Shown here: piece by piece, positions 17,383 to 27,246 of the stretch
How positions within the stretch are numbered: the stretch's first letter is position 1
How the letters are laid out: every line of letters begins with the position of its first letter
Source of the DNA: Akkermansia sp.
GTDB taxonomy: Bacteria; Verrucomicrobiota; Verrucomicrobiia; Verrucomicrobiales; Akkermansiaceae
Assembly: GCA_045646505.1 (NCBI GenBank)
Contig: JAZRKW010000090.1
Coordinates: 18,955-82,954, forward strand
Length of the DNA stretch: 64,000 nt
Direction of reading: 5' to 3'
The notes under the pieces: generated by a model
The model's input: the letters and a program-made list of their open reading frames with translations, nothing else
Databases searched by the model: none
What the model was told of the DNA's origin: nothing
Translations under genes and position numbers: made by a program

Positions 17383-19809
17383 TTACGGGATTTCCCTGCG
17401 TCCGCCCGGCTTGCGGTTGTTCCAATTCTGGTGCGGACGGCGACTGCGAATGACTTTAATCCGCTCACGCACCTCCCGCATGCGTTTTTCATCCATACTA
17501 TCCAGCAGCAACGAAATTTCCTCTTCCTGCACATCGAGTGCAGAATCTGCCTTTGGCTGCACAGATACCAGCACAGCCAGGCGCTCTCGCATCTCTGGCG
17601 TGTAATCCGAACGATTCGTGATGAGCGTCATCACGCCCAAAGTCATCTCCTTCTCGCGAAGGGCTCGCTCCACCTGACCACTGGCAGCCAGGGCAGAAGC
17701 CAGACGCCCGCGTACAGACAGATACAGCATAAGGCTTTCAGTACTGCCGGGATTATCTGCCAGAAGCGTGCGGGCAAAGCGAGCAGCCCGCTCCAGCGTG
17801 GCAATATCACGTCGGCCAAAAGGACGCACCACCCACTGCACAAAACTACGGCGGATGAGAGTATTTTCCGGGTACTCATGCAGCAGGTCATCAAAAAGCT
17901 GTTCCATAGACTGATTTTTTGCCAGCAGTCGCTTCTGCAAATCGTGACGCTGCAAATTCATCAGCAACTCCATGCGGCGCACCTGCACTTTTTCCTGCAG
18001 GGGTTCCAGCGCCAGTATCTCATTCATGATGTTTACAGCCTGTTCCTGGTACACGCGATACGCGGAACGAGCAGCCCGCTCTTCGCGACGTGCCTGGGCT
18101 GAAGACTCTTTTCTCCCCGCACGGCGCGGAGGACGTGGCTGCCACCGGTTGCGGAAGCGAGCCCCCTGACTCAGCATCTGAAGTGAGCGAATAAGCTCCA
18201 ACCGGGCATCAATATCGCTCACCAGGTCTGCTTTTTCTACAGCTTTCTTCAACAGGGCATCTGCCTCCCTGCGGCGGTTTTTCTGTTCATATAATGCAGA
18301 ACACAATCCATTAAGATTCCGGAAATACGCAGCCGACAGCTCCGGCACCAGACTCAGCGCACGGGAGAAATAAAGCTCAGCCGTGGCGTAATCCTGGGTC
18401 TGCTGGGCAATAAACGCCAGCGTCTGACACGCAGCAGCCATTTTATCACCCTTGTTATCAGCCATGCTGGCAATTTCCTCATAATATGGCATGAGCTCCT
18501 GAAGCAAGCGGGTATCTGCCTTACTGGGCCGCCAGAGAGTATCATCGCCGTTATCACGGTCAGCCATGCTGGCAAAAATCTCCTGCAAAGCCGAATCAGC
18601 AATGGCTGCATTGCGTTCAGCTTGTCTGCGCTGCTTGTTCTCCCCGGCATATCCCCACAGAATACTGCCGAACAGCAAAAACACCAGCAGAGCCGCGGCG
18701 TGGCTCCACACCGCCACTGCCGGACGCCGCAGCAGCCACATGGCATAACGACGAGCCCATGACGCAGGACGAGCCTTCACCGGTTCACCATTCAGAAAGC
18801 GGCGCAAATCATCCACCATGTCAGCCATGGAGTCATAACGGTCTGCCGGGGCAAAGCTGATACTCTTGTTGATGATGGCACCCAGCTCACCCTCGCCACG
18901 CAAGGCATTAAGCGGTTCAGACACAATCCGGTGGATCAGCTTGCCCGGTTCAGATTCCCGGAAAGCCGGTCGATTGCTGATGAGCTCGTAGAGAGTAACC
19001 CCCAGGCTGTACTGGTCACCGGCAAAAGAGTTCTCGCCTTTCATCAGACGCTCCGGCGGCATGTAACGCAAGGTTCCATCGTGACTTTGCGTCACCAGAG
19101 GTGCAGCCTCGCCACTATTCAGAACCGTAGCCAGGCCAAAATCACCCACACGCAGCACACCATCACCATCAAGCAGCAGGTTGCCGGGCTTCACATCGCG
19201 GTGCAGCACCCCGCAGGAATGAGCATAGGCCAAAGCCTGAGCCGCCTGCAATCCGACCTTTGCCACAGCGACCTCATACGGGACTCCGGGATAAACCTTG
19301 CGAATAGCCGCCGGCGTAATTCCCTGCCCGTTCACCAGACTCATCACATAATAACGATAATCCCCCTCCTGACCGGCACCAAATACTTCCACGATATTCG
19401 TATGGTGCAAGCCGGCAATCACACGGGATTCATTCTCAAAAGCTTCGCAATGGCGCGAATCTGCATTCCACGCAGGAGAAAGGATTTTGACGGCTACCTC
19501 CCGGTTCAATGATTCCTGCATGGCACGAAACACCGTACCCATTCCCCCTGCACCAATACGCTCCATCAGGCGATAACCACCCAGCGCTTCCGGATACCGG
19601 GCTGCTGCGTGAGCGGCGGCATTATGATTAGAAACGCTCAGTGACTCCATATCAACCAGCCCCTTAAGCAGCTCGCGCAACTCTTCGCCGCACTCCGGAT
19701 GCTTCTCTACAAACGCATCCAGCGGCAGTGCCTCTCCACGACGAAGCGTTTCCAGATACTCCTCCACCAGAGACGCCAGCAATTCTTCGTTATCCGGCGT
19801 ATCAGGCAT
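17383..19809 (-). CDS. Hanks-type Ser/Thr protein kinase with TM segment and helical (TPR-like) C-terminus
   Basis: GAGGMGTV, VAVKIL, HRDVKPGN, DFG, GTLRYMPPE all intact. Confidence 0.93.
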   Translation of the reverse strand: MPDTPDNEELLASLVEEYLETLRRGEALPLDAFVEKHPECGEELRELLKGLVDMESLSVSNHNAAAHAAARYPEALGGYRLMERIGAGGMGTVFRAMQESLNREVAVKILSPAWNADSRHCEAFENESRVIAGLHHTNIVEVFGAGQEGDYRYYVMSLVNGQGITPAAIRKVYPGVPYEVAVAKVGLQAAQALAYAHSCGVLHRDVKPGNLLLDGDGVLRVGDFGLATVLNSGEAAPLVTQSHDGTLRYMPPERLMKGENSFAGDQYSLGVTLYELISNRPAFRESEPGKLIHRIVSEPLNALRGEGELGAIINKSISFAPADRYDSMADMVDDLRRFLNGEPVKARPASWARRYAMWLLRRPAVAVWSHAAALLVFLLFGSILWGYAGENKQRRQAERNAAIADSALQEIFASMADRDNGDDTLWRPSKADTRLLQELMPYYEEIASMADNKGDKMAAACQTLAFIAQQTQDYATAELYFSRALSLVPELSAAYFRNLNGLCSALYEQKNRRREADALLKKAVEKADLVSDIDARLELIRSLQMLSQGARFRNRWQPRPPRRAGRKESSAQARREERAARSAYRVYQEQAVNIMNEILALEPLQEKVQVRRMELLMNLQRHDLQKRLLAKNQSMEQLFDDLLHEYPENTLIRRSFVQWVVRPFGRRDIATLERAARFARTLLADNPGSTESLMLYLSVRGRLASALAASGQVERALREKEMTLGVMTLITNRSDYTPEMRERLAVLVSVQPKADSALDVQEEEISLLLDSMDEKRMREVRERIKVIRSRRPHQNWNNRKPGGRREIP

Positions 19810-20386
19810 AGGGATTCTCGTTATAAACCAGCTCCTGGAAGCGTTTCAACGCCCGCACATAGCGAATACTGGCAGCCTTCGGCTCAATTCCCAACACGGC
19901 AGCGCATTCTCCATTGCCCAGCTCTTCAAAATGCCGGAGCTCCAGGATTTCCCGGTCATTATCAGACAACTGAGCCAGCACTCGGCGGGCCATCGCCTGC
20001 CGCTCCAATCGCTCCAAATGCGTGCGCGGGCTGGATATCGTATCAGCAAACTGAGCCCAGGCATCTGCCACCCCCTCATCATCTGCCGGGCTCATCTCTT
20101 TCATGGCATCTCGCTTGGCCGCTGCCAGGTGGCGACGTTCGGCATCAATTAGCGTCTGCAAGGCAAGTCGGCGCAACTTTACATACATCGGCACTTCCGG
20201 TTCTGCCTGCAGAAAATTAATACGCCGACCACAAGCCAGATACGTCTCCTGCAGCAAATCCTCCACGCTCAGGCGGCACTGCAACACTGCAGGCATACGC
20301 AACGACAGCAAGCGCAACAAGCGGTCGCGATATTGAAGCCAGAGCTCGGCCAGCCACAGATTTTCGGGAGTCTCACTCATACTCAT
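19802..20386 (-). CDS. ECF sigma-70 factor (PVC / planctomycete type)
   Basis: Region 2 SVEDLLQETY; region 4 LSDNDREILELRHFEEL...CAAVLGI...RYVRALKRF; overlaps the kinase start by 8 bp. Confidence 0.9.
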   Translation of the reverse strand: MSMSETPENLWLAELWLQYRDRLLRLLSLRMPAVLQCRLSVEDLLQETYLACGRRINFLQAEPEVPMYVKLRRLALQTLIDAERRHLAAAKRDAMKEMSPADDEGVADAWAQFADTISSPRTHLERLERQAMARRVLAQLSDNDREILELRHFEELGNGECAAVLGIEPKAASIRYVRALKRFQELVYNENPYA

Positions 20387-20389
20387 CGG

Positions 20390-20444
20390 AAAGAAAACGG
20401 CAGTCTGTCGTTATCACCCTCACTACAGGGAACGCAGACTGCCG
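20390..20444 (-). terminator. Terminator-like hairpin between gpsA and the ECF gene
   Basis: cggcagtctg / cagactgccg stem followed by ttttcttt on the minus strand. Confidence 0.6.
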
Positions 20445-20467
20445 GAAAAATCTACTGTTAAGACCAA

Positions 20468-21481
20468 TCAATCCTTCACATTTTCCTCGCGCAAATCACG
20501 AACCATGAGTTCCTTGAGGGCTTCACTCGGATGTTTGCCATTATAAAGGATATCGTACATGGCATCGGTAATAGGCGTGCGGACCCCGAGAGCGCGAGCC
20601 ATCTGGTATGTTGAAAGAGTATTCGGCACACCTTCCACCACCTGACCAATCTGCTTCAGACATTCCTCCAGCGGCATACCTTTGGCCAACAGGCGGCCGG
20701 CCGTCAGGTTGCGGCTGTGATCAGAATAACAGGTTACCACCAGGTCACCCATACCTGACAACCCCATGAAAGTCTCCATGCGTCCACCGCGGGCAATACC
20801 CAGACGGGTCATTTCAGCAAGACCACGGGTGGAAAGAGCGGCGCGAGCATTATCGCCCAGACCAAGCCCCGCGCAGATACCACTGGCCAGCGCAAAAACA
20901 TTCTTGATAGCACCGCCAATCTGCATACCCACCACATCACTGCTGGTATAAATGCGAAGGAAACCGGTGCTCATACGCTGCTGTACGGCCTTGGCAATCT
21001 CGATATCCTCAAACCCAATCAGCGTAAGACTCGGCAGCCCCTGCACAATATCCTCTGCGTGGTTCGGGCCGGAAAGCGCACCCACAGGGCATTTCACATA
21101 CGAAGAGATAATCTCGCTCATGAGCAGGTTCGTATCCTTCTCAATCCCCTTGGAGCAGGTCACAATGACGGCATCCTCAGCAAGACCCACCTCTGCCAGA
21201 CTCTTGGCTACATTGCGCATCACCACGCTGGGCACCACCACGATAACGAGCTGCGAACCAGCCACATCTTTCCAATCACTGGTCACCTTCACGTTCTCCG
21301 GCAGAGGGCGAGCCCCCTTGACGGGCACCAGACTCATGCGGGATTCGCGGATAGCAGCAGCTTCTTCTTCCTTATAGGTCCAGAGCACCACTTCGCTACC
21401 GTCCTGTGCAGCAGTAAAAGCCAGAGCTGTTCCCCATGCACCGGCACCAATGACAGCAGTTTTTTTGAAAATTCGTTCCAT
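20468..21481 (-). CDS. gpsA: NAD(P)H-dependent glycerol-3-phosphate dehydrogenase
   Basis: GAGAWGTALA, LSGPNHAE, GGAIKNV, GLSGMGDLVVTCYSDHSRN. Confidence 0.96.
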   Translation of the reverse strand: MERIFKKTAVIGAGAWGTALAFTAAQDGSEVVLWTYKEEEAAAIRESRMSLVPVKGARPLPENVKVTSDWKDVAGSQLVIVVVPSVVMRNVAKSLAEVGLAEDAVIVTCSKGIEKDTNLLMSEIISSYVKCPVGALSGPNHAEDIVQGLPSLTLIGFEDIEIAKAVQQRMSTGFLRIYTSSDVVGMQIGGAIKNVFALASGICAGLGLGDNARAALSTRGLAEMTRLGIARGGRMETFMGLSGMGDLVVTCYSDHSRNLTAGRLLAKGMPLEECLKQIGQVVEGVPNTLSTYQMARALGVRTPITDAMYDILYNGKHPSEALKELMVRDLREENVKD

Positions 21482-21495
21482 AATATCAGAAAAAA

Positions 21496-22143
21496 TCAGT
21501 TTTTCGGAGCAAAAGCCTTGGGTTCAGTACCGTTCATAATACGCACTATATTAGCTTTATGCTTCACCGTCACAAGTATCAGAATCAGAGCCAGCAGACC
21601 AATTACCATCAAATCAGCAGGCGTCCATGTACCATCGCACAAACAGAGTTCAATCAGAGCAGCAATTATCATACCCACGCCAGCCATAATGCTGGAGAAA
21701 GACACATAACGGGTCAGAATCATACTGCCGATCCAGAACAGCAGCGCAGCAAGCCCAACCCATGGAGACAAAGCAAACAGACAGCCGCCGGTTGTAGCCA
21801 CACCCTTACCACCCTTGAACTTAAGGAAACAAGTAAACGTATGACCGAGAATCAAGGCAAACATGACACCGAGGAACCATCCCATCTGTCCCGGAGTAAA
21901 TGCCGTCAGCTCTCCGCCAAGATGAAGCTTCATGTACAGCAAAGGAGCAAAACCTTTCAGAAAATCCATCACAAACACGGGAATCCCCCAGGCTTTCCCC
22001 AGAACTCGCACCGCATTGGTAGCGCCGATATTACGAGAACCATGCTCACGAAGGTCGATACCGTTGAGTCGACCGGCAATATAACCAAAAGGCACAGAAC
22101 CAATCAGGTAGGCTGCTACAATGTACAAAATATTCTCAACCAT
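21496..22143 (-). CDS. plsY: Glycerol-3-phosphate acyltransferase
   Basis: YLIGSVPFG, GSRNIGATNAVR, FKGGKGVAT, KHKANIVRI..GTE. Confidence 0.95.
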   Translation of the reverse strand: MVENILYIVAAYLIGSVPFGYIAGRLNGIDLREHGSRNIGATNAVRVLGKAWGIPVFVMDFLKGFAPLLYMKLHLGGELTAFTPGQMGWFLGVMFALILGHTFTCFLKFKGGKGVATTGGCLFALSPWVGLAALLFWIGSMILTRYVSFSSIMAGVGMIIAALIELCLCDGTWTPADLMVIGLLALILILVTVKHKANIVRIMNGTEPKAFAPKN

Positions 22144-22210
22144 GTGCTTTAAGTATACTCCAATTTATCCGATATGGCAACTGGTTTTTTCAGGAAATAA
22201 CAAAAACGCA

Positions 22211-22633
22211 TCAGACAGACCACGGAGCCGCATGATACGCGGCATCTATCGCATCCTGGAGCAAAATCCGGACCTGAGCCACAGCCGGGATGCCGAGAAT
22301 GCCACGCGGTATTTTCTGTCCGTCTTTTTCCTCAAAATCAAAGATGATATTTCCACTGCCATCGGTCTGCGCTTCTACTGACTGGATGAGTCCCAGCATG
22401 AGGAACCACTCCTGCTCATCGCCCTCCGGGAGCATCGCCAGCACTCGCCTGGAAGTAATAGCATACAGAACAGCAGAGGAGCCCATGGAAGAAGATTTAC
22501 GGAACAAACGAGCAAAGAAACCTGGCGCCGGCCGGGAGTTCACTCCGCCTTTGCCTTGCCACAACAACTGTTCACCGGGCCGCAGTGCAGCGGCCAGGCG
22601 TTGTTGCTCATCAGTTGTCAGCATTGTCATCAT
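22211..22633 (-). CDS. Hypothetical protein (possible PH-like domain)
   Basis: LRPGEQLLWQG...YAITSRRVL...DGSGNIIF pattern; ATGA-coupled to the ALDH gene. Confidence 0.6.
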   Translation of the reverse strand: MMTMLTTDEQQRLAAALRPGEQLLWQGKGGVNSRPAPGFFARLFRKSSSMGSSAVLYAITSRRVLAMLPEGDEQEWFLMLGLIQSVEAQTDGSGNIIFDFEEKDGQKIPRGILGIPAVAQVRILLQDAIDAAYHAAPWSV

Positions 22634-23994
22634 CGCAGGAACATGCGCAGCAGCGCATCTTTAAGCTTATTGTACGGCTGATAGCGGAACGGCAGATCCA
22701 GCCAGTTTGCTTTCTTAAGAATCGATTTATAATGAGTGAACGTATCAAAGCCGGTTTTACCATGGTACGACCCCATACCACTATCCCCCACTCCGCCAAA
22801 GGGCATGCCGTGAACAGCGAGGTGGACAATAGTATCATTCACGCAACCGCCACCGAACGCAAGATGCTGCCGGAAACGACGTTCAGTTTCCTTATCAGTA
22901 GTAAAAAGATAAGAAGCCAATGGGCGCGGACGAGAAAGCACAAACTGCTCCACTTCCTCCCACTTATCCCAACAGAGAACAGGAAGGACGGGGCCAAAAA
23001 TCTCCTGCTGCATACAAGCTGAAACAGAGGTTACATTATCCAGCACAGTGGGTTCAATGCGCAGCGTTTCAGGGTCTCCCTGGCCGCCCACCACCGGAGA
23101 AGCATCATCAATAAGCCTCATCAGCCGGTCAAAATGGCGTTTATTGATAATATGAGTAAGCTTATCATTTTTCACCGGATGCTCGCCCAGCATCTCAAAC
23201 ACAGCCTCGCGGAAATACGCCACGAACTCATCCTTACAACTGCGGTGAATCATGAGATAATCCGGCGCCACACAGGTCTGACCGGCATTCAGAATCTTAC
23301 CGAAAGCCACCCGGCGGGCCGCAACCTTGAGATTCGCAGAGGAATCCACGATACAAGGGCTCTTGCCACCCAGCTCCAGGGTCACCGGGGTCAGGTTCCG
23401 GGCAGCAGCTTCCATAATGTGGTGTCCGATACTCGGACTACCGGTAAAGAAGATGTAATCAAACTTCTCAGCAAGCAGAGCGTTGCTGTCATCATGGTTT
23501 CCTATCACCACTTTTACATACTCAGGTGGGAAAATGCCACTCAGCATCTCCGCCAGCACTGCAGATGTAGCTGGGGTGGAAGACGAAGGCTTCACCACGC
23601 AGCAATTACCGGCAGATAATGCGGCTACCAACGGGTCCAGGAAAAGAAGCACCGGATAATTCCATGGGCTCATGATAAGCACAACTCCGTATGGGTCTGC
23701 TTCCACGCGGCAGGAACTCGGGAAATGAGCCAGCCCGGCCGCTGCACGGCGCGGTTTGCTCCACTTACGGATGTTCCGGAGCGTATCACGGATACTGCCC
23801 AGCACAAGCCCGATTTCACACATGTACCCCTCAGAGGCACACTTACCCAGATCAGCATGAAGAGCCTCACTGATTCGGGGTTCCCACTCACGGATTGTCT
23901 TCTGGAGATTCTTGAGAGCGCGGATGCGGAACTCCACATCCCGCGTCACATGCGTCTGAAAAAAGAGGCGCTGTTTTGCTACTATATCATGCAT
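22630..23994 (-). CDS. Aldehyde dehydrogenase (ALDH3 / YwdH-like)
   Basis: SPWNYP, FFTGS, LELGGKSP, NAGQTCVAPDY, EIFGP, PFGGVGDSGMGSYHG. Confidence 0.93.
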   Translation of the reverse strand: MHDIVAKQRLFFQTHVTRDVEFRIRALKNLQKTIREWEPRISEALHADLGKCASEGYMCEIGLVLGSIRDTLRNIRKWSKPRRAAAGLAHFPSSCRVEADPYGVVLIMSPWNYPVLLFLDPLVAALSAGNCCVVKPSSSTPATSAVLAEMLSGIFPPEYVKVVIGNHDDSNALLAEKFDYIFFTGSPSIGHHIMEAAARNLTPVTLELGGKSPCIVDSSANLKVAARRVAFGKILNAGQTCVAPDYLMIHRSCKDEFVAYFREAVFEMLGEHPVKNDKLTHIINKRHFDRLMRLIDDASPVVGGQGDPETLRIEPTVLDNVTSVSACMQQEIFGPVLPVLCWDKWEEVEQFVLSRPRPLASYLFTTDKETERRFRQHLAFGGGCVNDTIVHLAVHGMPFGGVGDSGMGSYHGKTGFDTFTHYKSILKKANWLDLPFRYQPYNKLKDALLRMFLR

Positions 23995-23995
23995 A

Positions 23996-25177
23996 TCAGT
24001 ATGCGGCGTTCAGAATTTCAATAATCTGGGATTCATCGGCAGCGCGGGGATTCACTATCAACGCTCCATCATTGACGGCAAACTCGGCCACTTTTGCAAA
24101 AGAAGACTTCTCGACCCCGGCCTCGCGCAAGGTAAGCGGCAATCCGCAGATGGCATTCAGGCGCTGCCCCAGCGCCTCTACTGCAGCAATTGCAGCCTCT
24201 GCCCGCTTCTCTGCAGGAGTGGCCATGGCTGCATCCATACCCACCAGCCAGGGCAGCAGCCCGGCATAAGCAGCAGCGCAATGGCTCAGATTATAACGCA
24301 TCACATGCGGCAGCAGAATGGTCATAGCCACTGCATGAGGCACATGACACACGCCACCCAGAGCATGCCCTATAGCATGCACTGCGCCCACCATACTGTT
24401 GGAGAATGAGATACCGGCCATCGTGGAAGCCACAGCCATGGCATAGCGGGCTTTTTTATTGGAGCCATTGCGAGTAGCTTCTTCCAGATTCTCACAAATG
24501 AGCTTGATTGCGGTTGTACCGTATGCCGTGCTCATGGGGTTTGCCTGCAGACAGGTGCAGGCCTCGATGGCATGAACCATGGCATCAAAACCAGTGCTGG
24601 CCGTGGCCTTTGGCGGCAGACCAGCCGTCATGCGCGGATCAATCACAGCGGCATCCGGTTGAACAAAAGGAGAAAGGAACTCCATCTTCACGCCATTGGC
24701 ATCGTTGCGGATAACAGCCACACCTGTACACTCTGAGCCCGTGCCAGATGTAGTAGGCACCACGATGAAAGGAATATACTCACCGCGCACCAGATTCTCC
24801 ACCCCGCCGATGGCAAGAATATCGTCCGCATTCTGCGAAAGCACCAGGCGCACACCCTTGGCTGTGTCAATCACAGAGCCACCACCCACAGCAACCAGGG
24901 CATCGCACCCGCTGCTGCGGTATAAAGCGGCAATATCATTCACCACCTTCAGCGAGGAATCCACCGGAATATCGGTAAATGTACAAGCCGGGGTGCAGCC
25001 CTCCGCAGCCATCGCATCCACCACCAGCTGCATGGTACCGATTTTTGCCAGCACGGCATCGGACAACAGCATGGGAGCCTTGGAACCCAGATGCTCCAGC
25101 TCATCAGCTAACCGCTCCAACGCAGATTCACCGCAGAGCAGTTTCACCGAGTTCTGAAATTCAAAATACTTATTCAT
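23996..25177 (-). CDS. Iron-containing alcohol dehydrogenase
   Basis: GGGSVIDTAK, PTTSGTGSE, DAMVHAIE, HAIGH, HAVA. Confidence 0.93.
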   Translation of the reverse strand: MNKYFEFQNSVKLLCGESALERLADELEHLGSKAPMLLSDAVLAKIGTMQLVVDAMAAEGCTPACTFTDIPVDSSLKVVNDIAALYRSSGCDALVAVGGGSVIDTAKGVRLVLSQNADDILAIGGVENLVRGEYIPFIVVPTTSGTGSECTGVAVIRNDANGVKMEFLSPFVQPDAAVIDPRMTAGLPPKATASTGFDAMVHAIEACTCLQANPMSTAYGTTAIKLICENLEEATRNGSNKKARYAMAVASTMAGISFSNSMVGAVHAIGHALGGVCHVPHAVAMTILLPHVMRYNLSHCAAAYAGLLPWLVGMDAAMATPAEKRAEAAIAAVEALGQRLNAICGLPLTLREAGVEKSSFAKVAEFAVNDGALIVNPRAADESQIIEILNAAY

Positions 25178-25181
25178 AAAA

Positions 25182-25676
25182 TCAGTTATATCGTCCAGTC
25201 ATAAATCCGCAGATGATGCGTCCGTACACCCGCAGCGGATTCACCTGCAAAGTAGGGATATCAGTAAGAATATGCTTCGTGATAAACTTCGGGAACAAAT
25301 AGCCTTCCACCAGGTTCACAAGGCGGGCCAGACGCATCACATCCGCAATCTCGCCCTGCATACTGAAAGCATGCTGCGCATAGGCCTGTGCCAGCCCCAT
25401 CTGCCCCGTGAACATACGGAAAGAAATCCCCGTGGATTTAAGCCGCAAAGCGCAAGTCGGTTTCTCCAGTTCTTTCAGATGATGGAGTCTGCCATCTTTC
25501 CACTGCACATAAAGGACCGGGGCCTTGTACCCAGTCTGCAGGGCGTAACTCAGGCCTTCAGGCATGCGGTTGAATTCGTCCCGCACGCGGGTATCCAGCG
25601 CATAAAGCTCCACCAGCGCAGCATACACCACACGAAGCACAACACCGACAGTCAATTTCTGCAACGCCAGCTTCAT
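25182..25676 (-). CDS. Hypothetical protein, SCP2 (sterol/lipid carrier)-like
   Basis: MFTGQMGLAQAYAQHAFSMQGEIADVMRL resembles the SCP2 C-terminal signature. Confidence 0.55.
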   Translation of the reverse strand: MKLALQKLTVGVVLRVVYAALVELYALDTRVRDEFNRMPEGLSYALQTGYKAPVLYVQWKDGRLHHLKELEKPTCALRLKSTGISFRMFTGQMGLAQAYAQHAFSMQGEIADVMRLARLVNLVEGYLFPKFITKHILTDIPTLQVNPLRVYGRIICGFMTGRYN

Positions 25677-25679
25677 ATT

Positions 25680-26723
25680 TTATTCTCCACGCTGGGCTGC
25701 GGCCCGGCTCAAGCGGTCCATCATAGCCATACCAAGACCGATTTTCGGCAATTCCTCTGCCACTATCACCTGAACATCCTCGCATTCATCCATTGCGCGC
25801 ATCACTGCAAAAAGGCGCACCGCAGCCTCGGCCAGACGACCGCTACCGGGCGAAAGGGGCATCACCTCTGTCCAGCAATCCTGCTCAGCCAGCGGCGAAT
25901 CCCCCTGATAGGTAATCAGGCCGTATTTCACACCCTCCTGCGGGGTAAACGGCTCTTTCGGGTCATGCAAAATGAGCGGTTTGGTAGGAGCGTAATGACT
26001 CTTGAGCATGCCTGGGGCATTCGGTGCGTTTTCCGCAACATCACTTCCTTTACCGGGTTTCACAACCTTGCAGATTTTACGAAGCTTTTCGCGGGTCACA
26101 GGTCCCTCACGCAACACGCGCACAGCTGGATTTCCCTTTTCATCCAGACAAGGCTGCAGAATCGTACTCTCCAGACCTTCGGAACAGGCACCGGCATCCA
26201 GCACCAGCGGAATGGAACCACCCAGTTCCTTGAGTACAGCCGGAGCACTCGTGGGAGAAATGTGCCCGAAACGATTTGCACTAGGTGCAGCAACCGGATG
26301 CCCCAGAGCCCGGGAGACAGCGCGCATCACCTCATGACTTGTCACTCGGCAGGCCACTGTGGACAGACCACTCGTCACGATATCCGGCACGCACTCTTTT
26401 CGCGGTAATACCAGGGTCATCGGACCCGGCCAGAATTCCTTTACCAGCTTATCCACCAGCGGCTGCAATTCTGCCGGCACCTCTGTGATATCCTTCAGAG
26501 CCTTGCCATTCGGCAGATGGCAGATAAGCGGGTCAAAACTCGGGCGTCCCTTAACCTCAAAAACCTTGGCTACGGCATCCGGATTAAACGCATCTGCCCC
26601 AAGACCATACACAGTCTCTGTCGGGATTGCCACCAGGCCGCCCTCTGCCAGCACCCCGGCGGCTTCCTTATAAATCTTGCGGCAATCCTCCAGCGGGTCT
26701 ACCTCAATTACACGAGTTTCCAT
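25680..26723 (-). CDS. tsaC: L-threonylcarbamoyladenylate synthase (Sua5 form)
   Basis: PTETVYGLGA, KGRPSFDPLI, FWPGPMT, AAPSAN, APGMLKSHYAP. Confidence 0.95.
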   Translation of the reverse strand: METRVIEVDPLEDCRKIYKEAAGVLAEGGLVAIPTETVYGLGADAFNPDAVAKVFEVKGRPSFDPLICHLPNGKALKDITEVPAELQPLVDKLVKEFWPGPMTLVLPRKECVPDIVTSGLSTVACRVTSHEVMRAVSRALGHPVAAPSANRFGHISPTSAPAVLKELGGSIPLVLDAGACSEGLESTILQPCLDEKGNPAVRVLREGPVTREKLRKICKVVKPGKGSDVAENAPNAPGMLKSHYAPTKPLILHDPKEPFTPQEGVKYGLITYQGDSPLAEQDCWTEVMPLSPGSGRLAEAAVRLFAVMRAMDECEDVQVIVAEELPKIGLGMAMMDRLSRAAAQRGE

Positions 26724-26818
26724 GCCGCAATCTTAGACTATACTCCACCAAAAGTCAATGATAATGAAAACGCTTGCACTGCAAAAACCGATGTGATACC
26801 GTTCTCGCGCAACTCCGC

Positions 26819-27145
26819 ATGACCAGCTACACGAAAAACGCACTGTATCTTATCTGCATCACCGGCACACTCATGTTTGGCGTATCATGCTTCGTTCCGG
26901 AATGGAAGAAATTCGGACTATTAGCATGTTCGGCAGGGATGGTTTCGTTCATCACGCTCCTGGCTGAGCGCCTTATCCGCAAAAGCCAGCCGAAATCCCG
27001 CAAAAAGAGGTCGAGGGAAATCCCTGACACACGTATCGAACCAGCCCTCGACATCATATATGGCAGAGATAACGGCCGCAGACATTACAAAAACCTGACA
27101 CCAGAACAGCGGCAGAAAAGCATTTTCGGAGGAAAAAACATATAA
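26819..27145 (+). CDS. Small hypothetical membrane protein
   Basis: Two TMs then a basic tail; divergent from tsaC. Confidence 0.6.
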   Translation: MTSYTKNALYLICITGTLMFGVSCFVPEWKKFGLLACSAGMVSFITLLAERLIRKSQPKSRKKRSREIPDTRIEPALDIIYGRDNGRRHYKNLTPEQRQKSIFGGKNI

Positions 27146-27246
27146 ACCGCCCCTCCTGGCTAACGCACTTTCCGAACACAGAATTGCATGCAAGCCACGG
27201 AAAATCCTTGCACGCGCATGAAAAATACTCTAATATGCCCGCCGAT

